Shown one piece after another: positions 13,301 to 25,612 of a stretch of 64,000 bases of DNA. The DNA comes from Tilletiaria anomala UBC 951 (lineage: Eukaryota), in contig NW_013547020.1 in assembly GCF_000711695.1 (NCBI RefSeq), forward strand, positions 124,001-188,000. Reading direction: 5' to 3'. Each line of letters opens with the position of its first letter. The stretch's first letter is position 1. Below the pieces are notes generated by a model. The model saw only the letters and a program-made list of their open reading frames with translations. It ran no database searches and was not told the DNA's origin. The translations under genes were made by a program, and so were the position numbers.

Positions 13301-14286
13301 CTTCACCAAAGCACAAAGCGGATCGCTTGAGGATATGAGTTCTGGCGGCGAGGACGGCAAGCAGCATGTCTTCCAGACCCTTCAGTATCTGCGCAAGCTC
13401 GTCAATCACCCCAAGCTCGTCATGGACGACAACAACCCCAAGCACCTTGCAATCAAGCAAAAGCTGGCAAAGTCGGGCGAGCAGCTACAGTCCATTGCGC
13501 ACGCACCCAAACTGCAAGCTTTGAGGTCAGTTTTGGCTGATACGAGCTTGGATGGTGCCGTTAATTGACTTCGTTCTTTCTCTCTCCAGGCAATTACTGA
13601 ATGACTGTGGTATCGGGCAAACACCCCTCTCTGAAGGGGAGGGCGCCATCGAGACTACGGTGTCGCAGCACAGAGTGCTGGTCTTCTGCCAGATGAAGCA
13701 GATGATTGATATTATCGAGCATGACCTGTTTAAGAAGCACATGCCATCAGTCACATACATGCGCCTGGATGGCAGTGTCAGCGCTGAGAAGCGCTTCGAC
13801 GTTGTGCAAACCTTCAATTCGGACCCGAGCATCGACGTGTTGCTGCTTACGACGCAAGTCGGCGGTCTCGGCTTGACGCTCACAAGTGCTGACACAGTAA
13901 TCTTTGTCGAACACGACTGGAACCCGATGAAGGATCTACAAGCGATGGATCGCGCGCACCGTCTTGGCCAGAAGAAGGTGGTCAGCGTCTATCGTCTCAT
14001 CACGAAGAACACGCTCGAGGCGAAGATCATGGGGTTGCAGCGCTTCAAGATGAACCTGGCGAACACGGTGGTCAGCCAACAGAACGCTGACAGCCTTGAG
14101 GCGATGGACACGGATCAAGTGCTAGATCTATTCAATGTCAATGGCGACAATGCGGTTGCTGGCGGCGAGACGGCGAAAGTGGAAGGGAAGGGCACGATCA
14201 GTCAGAAGGCGCTGCTGGAGAGTCTGCAAAGCATGCCCGATGCGGAGGAGAATGAGTATGCTGGCATGACAGCATGGAGGGGCTGA
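7376..14286 (+). CDS. MOT1: TBP-associated Snf2-family ATPase Mot1/BTAF1. Exons 7376-7436, 7727-10073, 10163-13525, 13590-14286
   Basis: N-terminal RLDRLVSLLETGS...TAAQQL, HEAT repeats (WEIRHGAALGLRE, DHVVAPVRET), and Snf2 motifs LCDDMGLGKTLQ, DEGH, SGTPIQN and QAMDRAHRLGQ. Confidence 0.96.
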
Positions 14287-14518
14287 CGACGACAGCAGCC
14301 TATTTTATGATCATGCATCTCATCAACGGAATTGTCTTTTGCTGCATCGATTAATCGCACACGCAACAAGCAAGTCAAGCATCAATGTACCAGTCGCTCA
14401 TGTTTTTGCAATATGTAGATGGTGCTGATTTGAATATTCACGCAGGGTGGATTGCGACTGCTAGTGCACACGCAAGACAAAAGATGCAGACGAGCCAATG
14501 GTCGACGACTGGAGCTGC

Positions 14519-16914
14519 TTACTTCTTAAGCCTCTGTCGCTGAGAGCGCTGCTCTTTGCGCAACTTCTTGTACCTGTGTGAGGGGCGGGCAAGCAGCGTG
14601 GTTTATCAGCTGTTGCTCAGAGTTAAGTTCCACAACGGGAGCCAAGAACTCCGCCTGGAACTCACTTGTGCTTCCTCATCTTCTTCCTGCGCTTCCGCTT
14701 CACGCTGTCCAAGTCCACATGGCGCGATCCCTCGTCCAAGGAAGCATTGAGCAGCGAGACATCGATCACACCTTTCTCATCTGGCCTTGCCGCTGGGCCA
14801 GCCTCCCTGCTGTTGCTGCCTTCCACAACAGCATCCATCTTGCGCGTGACGCTGTCCCACTGTAGCGCAGCGGGCAAGCTGTTCTGCACCATGGCGCGCG
14901 AGAGGACAAGGTTTGCATCGTTCGGGTCAAAATGGTGCTGCTGTTGCGATCTCCGGGTGCGCGAGCTGATGACGTCCGAGACGTACTGCAGGTCCGAGGC
15001 CGTCAATTCGATTGAAGGCTTGCTCTCTTCCTCGCCACTGGCGACATCCTCTTGCTTGACAGGCGACAGGAGCTCCGATGAAACTGGCGCCGCTGGCGCA
15101 GGAGGCACCTCGAACGGCCTGCCTTTGAGGACAAGCCAGCTCGCCGTTCCCCGCGCCCAACGGCTATCCGGCCTGCCGATGCTACCAAAGCCACTACCGG
15201 GGCCGCCGAGCGCAGCGCCGAGGTAGAACATCCTCTTGCTGCGACCGCCCATCTCTTGTCCTTGTCCGTTGCCCGCTGTCTTTTGCGCACTGCTCGTACC
15301 AACAGCACGCTCTCCGAGTACGAGCAGCTCTGCTTCTGCGCCGAGTTTCTGTGCGAGTGCCGGATCCTCGCCGCGCTCGAGAGCGGCAGCGACGGCTTCT
15401 TGCTTCTCGTGCACAAGCGCCGCCTCGCTGGTCAGGCGGCGGTACTCGGCAGCGACGACATCTAGGGGTGCGGCCACGGGGGAGAGACGCACGGCCGACA
15501 GGCGGTCGATAAGCTCGTTGAAGCGCTCCGTGCTGACATCTTCGATCCTGTGCTTCCACCTCGGACCGGCATTGGCACCTGCTACGGAGTCCTGTCCAAT
15601 GTACTTGCGGACATCCTGCATGATCTCCTCGATAGCCTGCGCAATTGCCGCGCTCGTCTCGGCCCGCGCTGGACCTTGCTCGCCTTCTGCATCAGCTTTG
15701 GCACCGAAAGACTCAACATCAACATCGACTTGCACAACCGCGATCGCATGCGGCGAACCATCCATGCTAGCTTCGTCGCCTACGGCCAGCGGTGACGAGG
15801 AGCCAGCGGAGGGGAGCAGTTGTTGGATTTGCTCCTGTATCTCCTGCAGCTCATTTGCACCAATGATCATCTCCTCGCTCGCTGACTGGCTTTGTCCATC
15901 TGGGTGGCGAAGAAAGGCTCCAGATCTAGGTTTGAGGACGAACATGGCTCCGCCAGGCACGGAGAGTTGCACTTCATCATCCGCGGAGGGAAGCTGATCG
16001 ATGTTGTTGGTAGCAGGGTTTGCATCGTTTTGCTGCGTAGCCTCCAAAATTTCCTCAAGCTGCCTAGCGACACTGGTATTGGCAGTTCCGCCAGAGTACA
16101 TCAGCGCATTTTCCATGCCTGGTGCTTCTGGGCCTGTCAAAACAGACGCAGGCTGAAGAAGGCCGTGCGTGAGCAGGGGCCGGTCTTGCGCAAAGAAACT
16201 ATCCCATGCCACCGAACCGAGCGAGGCCGGTGGGGCGCGGACTGGCTTGACGCCGAAGAGAGCAGCCGTCTTTGCCGAAGGCGAGACGGTGGGACGCCGT
16301 GCTGTTGAGTTGATACTCGCTGAAGGTGGACTCAGCAGCTGGATTCGTAGACCCCCGACAGCGGGATTTGCGTCGAAGAAGTGAGAAGGGGAGTGGGAGC
16401 CTCGGGCTCGCTTACTACTGGGTGATCGTGAGAGTGTGCGACCTTGCGTCTTCCTGGCAACACCTTGTGAATCAGACGAAGAGGGAGCAGGGGCCACGTG
16501 CTGAACAACATCGTGGCTGTGCGGTTGCTCCGCCGAAGTTCCTTCCTTGGCTGTGCCTTCTTGCTCCTTCCGCTCCTTGTTCTGTACCTGCTGCTGCTGA
16601 TGGGTTTTGCGCTGCTGGAGTGCCAGGCCGGCCCTTGCACGCGATATCGACGCGGTCCCACGCATAGAAGCTGGCACATTCGCGGCAAGGCCAGCCGAAG
16701 AGGTTGCAGCCACATCTGGCGATAAGGCATGCTGCTGTTGCTTTTGGTGCTGCAGCAGATGCGCATTACGTCTCCTCGCAGTCTGCGTGTGTATTCCAGC
16801 GGCTACCGATGCCGCTGAGGATGATGATGCGATGTTTGCACTGGTGCTCGCACTTGCGCTCGCGACTCCAGATATGCGGAAGAGCGCGCGGGCCTGCGTG
16901 GCTCGTTGTCGCAT
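14519..16914 (-). CDS. COX24: Mitochondrial small-subunit protein mS38/Cox24 family (C-terminal DUF1713). Exons 16914-14666 and 14573-14519
   Basis: The spliced C-terminus reads DSVKRKRRKKMRKHKYKKLRKEQRSQRQRLKK. The N-terminus is Arg/Ala/Ser-rich, like a presequence. Confidence 0.85.
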
Positions 16915-17156
16915 CTTGGCTGTCTACTCTCTGGGTTGGACCACTGTTACCAGCGGGGCCACAACTCCTACTTTACGTCCCAAGGGAACCTGATCCACGG
17001 TCCACAGCCTCCATCCGTCTGGAGCTCGTGCTATCTTTCCAAGGCGGGTGAGTGCCCGAAGCAGAAGGAATGTGGACGAGCAAACCGGTTTCTCAGTCCT
17101 TGAGCGTGCATGAGTGGATTTACAAGTGTGGCTCGAACAACATGTGGCCTATGCAG

Positions 17157-17166
17157 CTAACCCTAA
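17157..17166 (+). promoter_or_regulatory. Telobox-like CTAACCCTAA element in the divergent COX24 / LAMMER kinase promoter
   Basis: Exact second copy of the 10-mer at 7350. Confidence 0.4.
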
Positions 17167-17713
17167 GCTAGGTAAATACCACTCGATGGTCACTGGCAAG
17201 CGGTGAGACTGGGGAGATGCTGGGAGGACGCCACAAGTGGCCGCATGGGGTGAGCACGCTGGAGAGCGTTCAACGAGGCGATGATACATCCATCCATCCA
17301 TTCATCCAGGGACAAGCCCGCCCGGCATGAGGCTCCGCCCCTGTCTCTCTCGCCGTCGCGCACGCTCGTCCTCCTCATCCTTCTCCATCCTAGCGGATAA
17401 CGGCCGTCAGGGCGGCGCGTAGCAACACAGTTCGCCGGAAGAAGACTGGAGCCCCAGCTGTCGACACGCGAGCGCTGCGTTGCGCTGCAACATCCCCTCT
17501 GCTGGTGGTCTGTCGTGGCGCGTTTTTCATGGTTTCACGATCCGCGCGTCATCCGCCCAGGCAACCGAGCTATCTGCTACACACTCATCTCGGCGGGTTC
17601 GAATCCAATACACCAAGGAAGCCACAGTGCGGCGATAGAGCAGGGCGAGGTCGACGTGGCGAAAGGAGGGCAGACGGCTTCCGAGCAAGGTATCGTTCGG
17701 CACCGAGGCTGCG

Positions 17714-20700
17714 ATGCCACCGGCAACCATCGCGCAATCTCCAGTGCATACCACCGCGTCAAACTCACGGCATCATCTCCATCACAATTCGCCCTTCCAT
17801 TATCATCACCACCACCAGCCTCAGTCACGCCGAAGGTATAACGCGTCCACATCTGCCACAGCATCCGTGGAGCGCTTCGGCTCCTATAGCAGCGTCAGCA
17901 GCGCAGCCAGCGCGCAGCCAGCGCAGCCCCAGCCTCAACCGCAGTCAGCGAGCGCGATGGCGACGCGCAAGCTTTCCTTGCGAGCAGCACCAGGAGGAGC
18001 CGCATCGGATGGTACGTTGAGTGGTGCACGAACAGCAACAGGTGCAGGAAGAAAAGGGGGGGATGCGGAAGTAGGGCACGATATCATGCCGGTCTCTTAT
18101 CATGGCGGCCGCACGTCCACTCGGACAGTTACGACGACCACAATGGCGGCGATATCAGGGCGAGATGCAGGCTCGGGCTCAGGGACGGGGATGCCCGCAT
18201 CGGCAGGGGGGGTATTCGGCCGTGCCAAAGGCGCTTGTCGCACTAGTGGAGGTGAAGGTGGAGGTGGAGGTGCTGGAGACGATGCATCACGCGTTTCTTC
18301 CTCCGCCGCCACTTCACGCGGCAGCGGAAGCCAGAACCACATCTACAATGCTGGAGCTGGAGCCGGCTCTCGCTCTGTCAACGAGGTCATCAAAGGAAAA
18401 GTGCAGGAAGTCATCGTGCTTGGCGACAGCAGCGACGAAGAAGGCGGCGCGGGAGGGAATGTTGAGCATTCGCGCGCGTATGTCGGGCTCACCAGCGGTG
18501 GTGGTAGTGGTGAAAGCAAAGGATACGACATGAGCGGCCACGCGCGGAATCCGTACAACGAAGAAGACGACATCCTCATACCGCCACCAAATCGGCCGCT
18601 CGGACCGGAAGATGCTACTTATGAGCGCACATGGCGTGGCGCGGCGGAGAAGGGGAAAGGGAAAGCAAAGGGGATGGGGAAGGGAAAAGCACCGGATACT
18701 ACCGCTCTTGCTCCTGCTTTGGGAGTCACATCGAGTGGGCGGGTGACGCGGCAGACGGCGCGAGGCAACGCGAGCGCCGCTCAGGCAGCATCGACAACAG
18801 CAAAAGCGCGAAGTCTCACCATCGACGTATCGACATCCGTCTCGGCGTCGCCTGCAAAGCTGCAGCAGCCATCCGCACGGGGAAAGAAGCGAGCAGCACA
18901 TAGTCCACCGCCAGCCGATGGTACGGATGCTTCTGGGTCCGCCGCTGCGCCTGCACGAGGCGGCGCACGCCCTGCTCCAGGAACAGCGGCATCACGGGCC
19001 GCTGCTGCGTCATCCGGGACGCTACGTTCGGCAGTGGGGGCGGCGATGATGGATGAAATGCACGCGTTCGGGCTGAATAGCAACGGCTACAGCAACGGCG
19101 CTGGCGTACCGGATGGCGCGACGAGTACGACGACGCGACGGAAACGTGCAATGGAAGACGCGGTGGAGCGGCGGCAGAAGGCTCTCAAGGTATCCGCGAC
19201 CGATCATGCCGGCAGCAGCACCAGCACTAGTGGCAGCGGCAGCGAAGGTCTGAGATCGCAGCTACCTCCATTGGGGGCACTCCCGCCACGCGTAGCCGGC
19301 CCATGCCACGACAGCGGCCTGACACAGCAGCAGCAATATGAAGAGGAGCGCATGCGCAATGCGTCGTCCTCGTCGGCGTACTACTCGCAGATCCTGGAAC
19401 AGAAGCAGCGTGTGCTGCAGCAGCAGCATCCGTATCAGCACGTGCATCTGCAGCAGTACCAGCACGGCTACGGAGCTGCACCGTTAGGTGTTGCGTCGCG
19501 GCACCTCATGACGACGGGCGGGGCGGGAGAGCTGTGGCCAGGAGCTGGGCCGTCGAATGCTATTGCCGGCAGCAGCAGCAGTGGCGGTGTCTCTGCGTTA
19601 CGATATCGCCAGCGACTTTCGCCTGGCTTGGACGATGTGGCTCTCGGCAGCAAGCGCGGGTCAGTTGCATCGATCGCTTCGCCCGCTGCGCCCAGCCCGC
19701 CGCCGCACGGCCTGCCCGTCGACGATGCGGAGGGTCACTTCATCGTGCGGCCAGGGGACAGTGTCACTGCTCGCTACAAGATCCTTTCGCAGCTGGGGCA
19801 GGGCACGTTCGGTAAGGTAGTCGAGTGCTACGACCGCAGCGAGCGGCGGCGCGTCGCCATCAAGGTCATCCGTGCGATCCAGAAGTACCGCGATGCGAGC
19901 CAGATCGAAATTCGCGTGTTGCGCACACTACGCCAGAACGACCCCAACAACGAGAATCAGTGTATCCACCTCCTCAGCACGTTCAGCTACCGCAATCACG
20001 TCTGCATCGTCTCCGAGTTGCTCGGCAAGAGCGTGTTCGACTTTTTGAAGGAGAACGAGTTCCACCCCTTCCCGTCGACGCATATCTGGAGCTTTGCGAA
20101 GCAGTTGCTCAAGAGCGTAGCTTGTGAGTTGGCGAATTTAGGCGATCCGTCTTCAATTTGACATGTGTGATTGCGGTAGCGGCGCATGAATGCTGACTTT
20201 GAAACACTCCCTTTTACCTCACCAGTCCTCCACTCGCTCAATCTTGTCCACACTGATCTGAAGCCGGAGAACATCTTGCTCGTCGATAGCGACTACGTCA
20301 GCAAGCCGTACAGTTCGAGGGTGAGTCCATTGGTCTGTTTGGTGGTTCATGCTAGCAAGCATGCCATACAGACTTTACCTGAACAGCACACTGACTGCGG
20401 TTGTGCTTCGATTACGTCTGCTCCCAGTATCCCAACTCGAAGAAATGGCGCATCCTGAAGAACACTGAAATCCGCCTGATCGACTTTGGAAGTGCTACTT
20501 TTGACAACGAGTACCACTCGGCCGTCGTCTCGACCCGACACTATCGCGCGCCGGAGATCATCCTCGGCATGGGCTGGTCATTCCCTTGTGACGTTTGGTC
20601 GATTGGATGCATCCTTGTGGAATTCCACACAGGCGATGCGCTCTTTCAGACACATGACAACTTGGAGTGAGTCACAGGCGCACCAGTCCGCCCTTGAGGC

Positions 20701-21162
20701 TGGCTTGACGAAGCGGCTCTGTACTAACCCTTGTGCACTTCTCCTCAGGCATCTCGCAATGATGGAAGCAGTGCTGGGCATGATGCCAGACGATTTCCGA
20801 CGCAAAGCTGAAACGTACAAGGCGGACTTGTTCAAAGATGGGCACCTCGATTACCCGAACGCCAAGACCAGCAAGACCAGCAAGAAATACGTGCGAGGCA
20901 TGCGGAAGCTTTCGGTGCGTTCATCGCGCCCTCGTTTCTTAAAGCTCCGGGACTGACTTGTGTGTGTGTGTGTGAATATGTGTTTTGCATGGTATTCTTG
21001 CAGGACACGATCTCTTATTCGAGCGCATACAACAAGCATAATACGCGCTTTTTGCACTTGCTCCGGAGGTTGCTCGAATTCGATCCGGACAAACGCATCA
21101 CAGTCGAAGAGGCGCTCTCGCATCCTTACTTTAGCCTTCATGCGAACGACTTTCCCGCATGA
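17714..21162 (+). CDS. LKH1: LAMMER (CLK/Kns1/Lkh1) dual-specificity kinase. Exons 17714-20123, 20226-20320, 20428-20666, 20749-20914, 21004-21162
   Basis: [39 protein letters not shown] and the family signature EHLAMME formed across intron 3. The start codon is uncertain because the N-terminus is long and low in complexity. Confidence 0.93.
20959..20974 (+). repeat. (TG)n microsatellite in the last LAMMER kinase intron
   Basis: Run of TG dinucleotides read directly. Confidence 0.8.
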
Positions 21163-21775
21163 ACGGGCAGGAGGCCACGCTGCACGCATCACATTCCTGC
21201 CTGTGACGCTTTCATTTGCACCTATTACGCTCATTCACTTGCACCAGTATTTGCAGAGATTTGCCCAGAACATCACATTGTGTAGAATACAGGCGACGGA
21301 AATATCCACATCTGTCACCCGCTGGGTTGTGCGAGAACACATGCCGCGCTATGGTCGACTTCCCCGCGTGTCGGACCGCTTCCTTGCTTCTGGGAGGTGA
21401 ATGGCGCATGGTGCCAACAGATTATTGCGGGCGTCCTTGTGTGCAGTGAGATGAGGCTTGAAAATTGAAAGCGTACATTACAAAAGTGGATTGATCTTTG
21501 AGGTGTGATACGGCTGGCGTTGAGACGAACATAATGAAACGCGTTGTCGCGACTCTCATCGCGACGCGGTGTGAGCGAGACACGCTGCATTTTCTCATGA
21601 ACTCCCCCTCCAAAAGCACGTCTCTCGTCTCTGCTGGCACCTGGCACTTCTGGCAGATAACTGCGGTATGGTTTCTTATGACACTTCCTTTGCCTCTATA
21701 CTTTAGGAACGAGCTGTGCTACAGGAGACCTGAGCTTCAAGAGCTCAAGCCCGATTTTGTTTGACGGCCGCCAAG

Positions 21776-23372
21776 ATGACAACTTCAATCGACGAGGATG
21801 TGACGATGCAGGAGGCGAACGACGTGCCGCCATTGCCATCAGTGCTCAAGGGCAAGGGCAAAGGCAAGGCCACAGATGTTGTCGCATATGCCGAGGAGGA
21901 TGATTTGCTGCCATGGTGAGCGCTGCATGTCGCCGCTGAGCTTTCCCAAGGTACTTTCATCGGGGTCACCATGCGGGGCTAACACACGCGTCTGACACAG
22001 GGTTGAGAAATACCGGCCTGTGACGATGAACGACCTGGTCTCCCACAAGGATATCACATCTACACGTGAGCTCATCATACATTCTATCTCTTCGAATCTA
22101 TCGGCCTGAATTGACGTAGGTATGCTCTCATCCCCTTGCAGTCGAACGCTTCATTGAGAAGAACAGGCTGCCGCATTTGCTCTTCTACGGACCGCCTGGC
22201 ACGGGAAAGACATCGACCATCCTGGCAATGGCACGTCGAATCTACGGCAGCAACTACAAGAACAATGTCCTTGAACTGAATGCGTCTGATGACAGAGGCA
22301 TTGATGTAGTCAGAGAGCAGATCAAGTCGTTTGCGAGCACGCGCAATGTCTTTGCTGCGTGAGTGAAAGCCGCGCTTGTCGCCGCGCGCGACCGACCCTC
22401 TGAACTGTTTGTATTTGATTCAGCGCTTCTACAAGTACTGGCGGCTTCAAGCTCATCGTGTTGGACGAAGCTGATGCGATGACACAAGCGGCACAAGGGG
22501 CGCTGAGGCGAGGTGCGTTGCAGGCTGGCTATATGCTGTGGTCCATGATATGAGCACACGAGACTGATTCATACCTCGTAATCGCCCCCTCAAAGTTATT
22601 GAGCAGTACACCAAGAATGTCCGTTTCTGCATCATCTGCAACTACGTCAATAAGATTATCCCTGCTATCCAGTCTCGATGCACGCGTTTCCGCTTCAACC
22701 CCCTGGAGCTGGATCAGGTAGAGGGGCGCCTGGATCATGTGATTCAAAGTGAAGGGTGAGCACAGCAAATCGGCCCTTCAAGAATACCTTTACCAGTGAT
22801 CAACTGACTGAGATATATGGCCGGCTGTTGTCATTTGTTCGCTCCCTTTGCAGCTGCAAGTTGACAGCCGATGGAAAGGACGCCCTCATAAAGCTTTCGC
22901 GTGGAGACATGCGGCGAGCCCTGAACGTCCTGCAGGCATGCCATGCGGCGTATGACACAATCGACGAAGCAGCAGTCTACAACTGTACTGGGGCTCCGCA
23001 GCCTGCAGATATCGAGGAGATGGTCAATTCAATGATGACGGACGAATTCACGACTTCCTATACCAGTACGTTCTTCGCGTCTGTGACGAGCCTGGATGTT
23101 AGACTGACGAACATGCTGCATGTGTCCCTCGGTCAGAAATTACGACCATGAAAGCGTCCAAAGGGCTTGCCCTCACTGATATGATCACTAGCATCTACGA
23201 CTTGCTCATGACCGTCAAATTGCCGCCGGCCGCGCGCGTCTATCTACTCGATCACCTGGCATCCACGGAACACAGACTTAGCACAGGAGGGTCCGAGAAG
23301 ATGCAGCTCACCGCTCTGCTGGGAGCCGTCAAGCTTGCAGTAGAGATTTCAAAGAAGGCAGAGGGAAAGTGA
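21776..23372 (+). CDS. RFC3: Replication factor C small subunit (yeast Rfc3 / human RFC5 type). Exons 21776-21915, 22001-22065, 22142-22358, 22424-22512, 22596-22755, 22854-23065, 23137-23372
   Basis: [60 protein letters not shown] and the Rfc3-type C-terminus KGLALTD...[14 protein letters not shown]. Confidence 0.93.
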
Positions 23373-23437
23373 GAAAGAAGGTGCAAGTGTGACTGCATCG
23401 CGCTGTACTATACAATATGACAATATTGTCAGTTCAA

Positions 23438-24285
23438 TCACATGCCTGCTTGGAGCGCGGGGGTACACGTCGCATCTTCAGTTGCCAGCGATCCTTGCAG
23501 CTGCATGAGATCGTGCACGTTCGCCCTCCATTCCTGCTCTTCTTTCTTAATTCTCCTGATGTCCACCTTTGCGAACCTCCTCTGCGTCGGCGCCCCACGT
23601 GGGGCCGGTAAAGTTGCATCAGGCTTCAATGCGACGCCGACGTATCGCCGCTTGGTGTTGCTCGACGGATGTCCCTTGGAGGGAAGCACTCGGGGTAGGA
23701 TAGGCGATGTGTTGCGTAGCGAAGTAAGTGCGAGAGGCCCTGGCCGAATGGCCTTCTTTGCTTGCCGGAAAAGTGCGGCTGAGCCTGGCGTCGCACCGCC
23801 GTAGAAGCGTACCCAGCCTGGTTGGGTGGCGAACAGGGTGTGGTCGCGGCCCATCATCACGTTCTCGCCCGCGTGCCACTCAGTGCCTCTTTGCCGGATG
23901 ATGATCTCACCCGCATTGACAAATTGGCCTGAGCCGAGCGCTTGTATTCAGCACTGAAGCTCGCAAAGGAGGGGAACAGCAGCCGCATTGCTCAAAGCAA
24001 TGACTCACCTCCATATCGTTTGACACCAAGACGCTTGCCCGCACTATTCCTGTTGTTCTTGGTGCTACCACCTCCCCTCTTGGTCGAATTTCGCACTTGT
24101 ATGGCACCACCAAAGCTGAATGTAGGGAGAATAGAGGAGCTAGATGCGATAGGGAAGGGTGACGCTGCGAGACCCCCCGCCCGCGAAAGGAACGAGGAAG
24201 AGGATGGTCCGGCTGCTGAGCAGGCAGCCGTCGTGCAGGCGCACAGAGCGGAGCCCGTACGGCTGATGATCCGCCGGAAAGACAT
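23438..24285 (-). CDS. MRP7: Mitochondrial ribosomal protein bL27m. Exons 24285-24009 and 23928-23438
   Basis: Presequence followed by the L27 core [59 protein letters not shown]. Confidence 0.93.
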
Positions 24286-24601
24286 GCTAGTTTAGTCTTT
24301 CTAGATGGTACACTTAGCTTGCAAGGTACGCTGACGAGTTGGGCGGTCCAACTGTCTTCATATGAAAGATTGGAAATGCTTTCGAGTATGGCCATGGGTG
24401 AGGCCGAAAAGAATCTGCGAGAGATGCGAGAAGAGTGCGGTACAGACTCGCCAACTGGAGCGTTCCGCCGTACACAATTCTCCATCCTCACTTCCTCCCT
24501 AATGCCACTTCAATGGAGAGGTTCATCCATTCTACTCTTTCACACGCATTCACCTGGCAGATTATCGCTGGCGCTAGACCTCGGGGTCGTGCGTGCACAA
24601 G

Positions 24602-25612
24602 ATGAGCGTCCACGGCCTTCCAGCCATCTTCACCACTATGCGGGTGATTCCCGCCGAGGTAGGCGCTACCGGACAGCAGCCGTTTCTTGACCTTCCGTTG
24701 CCAGAGAGACTCGTCGCAAGGCTTCGCGACATGAGGCAACAGACAGAAGCTCGAACTGACCCTGGCTTTGGTCAGCTTCAGAAAAGGGTTCCTCTACTGG
24801 CGCGACACCTCCATCGCCTTTTTCGCGCGGCAGCTTCCCTGCAGGAGATCCATCCTGAAGCATGGAATCATCTTGATCAAGGAGTTTCAACTGAGGGCGA
24901 AAACGCTTTCTCGGTCTGGTTGCTCAACTATTTGCAAAATGGGCTACCTGCAGATGACGGGCGGTTCTATCGCCTACGCTTGGAGCTTTTACCAACCAAA
25001 TCTACCCCGGCTATCACCTATGCCGTAATCAATCCAGAGAACCAGCCGGATCTATGCGTCCGAATGGACTCTCAAGCCACTCAACCTCGAAGCACGTCAG
25101 ACGACACGCTTGACTCTTTCCCATTTGTGCACAAGACTTCCGAACGTTCGATATATAGCTCGGCGCAAGCTCGAGTCGGCGCTACGCTAGGAGCTGCGAG
25201 TTTCGCCTCTCTCAAAAATCCATGCTTTGACGTGATCATGTGGACGCGAATCGATGACCGGGAGCTCATAACGGAAAGCGGTATCGCTAATGTACTTCTC
25301 GAGCGCGGATTTTCGGGATGTTTCACCACGCCTCGAGTCACGCCATCGGGACCTCTACCAGGCGTGATGAGGGCAGAGCTGCTCGCGTCCGGGGTCGTGG
25401 AAGAAGCAGAAGTCACTAAAGAGGATCTCGTAAAAGCTGACACTAAGGTGTATCTCTGCAATTCATTGCGAGGGGTTTTTGAAGTGACCCTCGATATATC
25501 GCCTTATATACGATGCCTGTCAATACGGGATTGCGACAGCTATGAAAGTACAATTGTGTGGACGCCGCAGTACATGGTACTGCTGTGGGGCGAAAGCGTG
25601 GAAGTTTGGTAG
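24602..25612 (+). CDS. ABZ2: PLP fold-type IV enzyme, likely 4-amino-4-deoxychorismate lyase (Abz2-like)
   Basis: IFTTMR near the N-terminus, VHKT..R.IY..A.AR, ITESGIANV, LPGVMRAELL and LCNSLRGV are class-IV aminotransferase / ADC lyase motifs. Both ends are uncertain. Confidence 0.7.
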   Translation: MSVHGLPAIFTTMRVIPAEVGATGQQPFLDLPLPERLVARLRDMRQQTEARTDPGFGQLQKRVPLLARHLHRLFRAAASLQEIHPEAWNHLDQGVSTEGENAFSVWLLNYLQNGLPADDGRFYRLRLELLPTKSTPAITYAVINPENQPDLCVRMDSQATQPRSTSDDTLDSFPFVHKTSERSIYSSAQARVGATLGAASFASLKNPCFDVIMWTRIDDRELITESGIANVLLERGFSGCFTTPRVTPSGPLPGVMRAELLASGVVEEAEVTKEDLVKADTKVYLCNSLRGVFEVTLDISPYIRCLSIRDCDSYESTIVWTPQYMVLLWGESVEVW

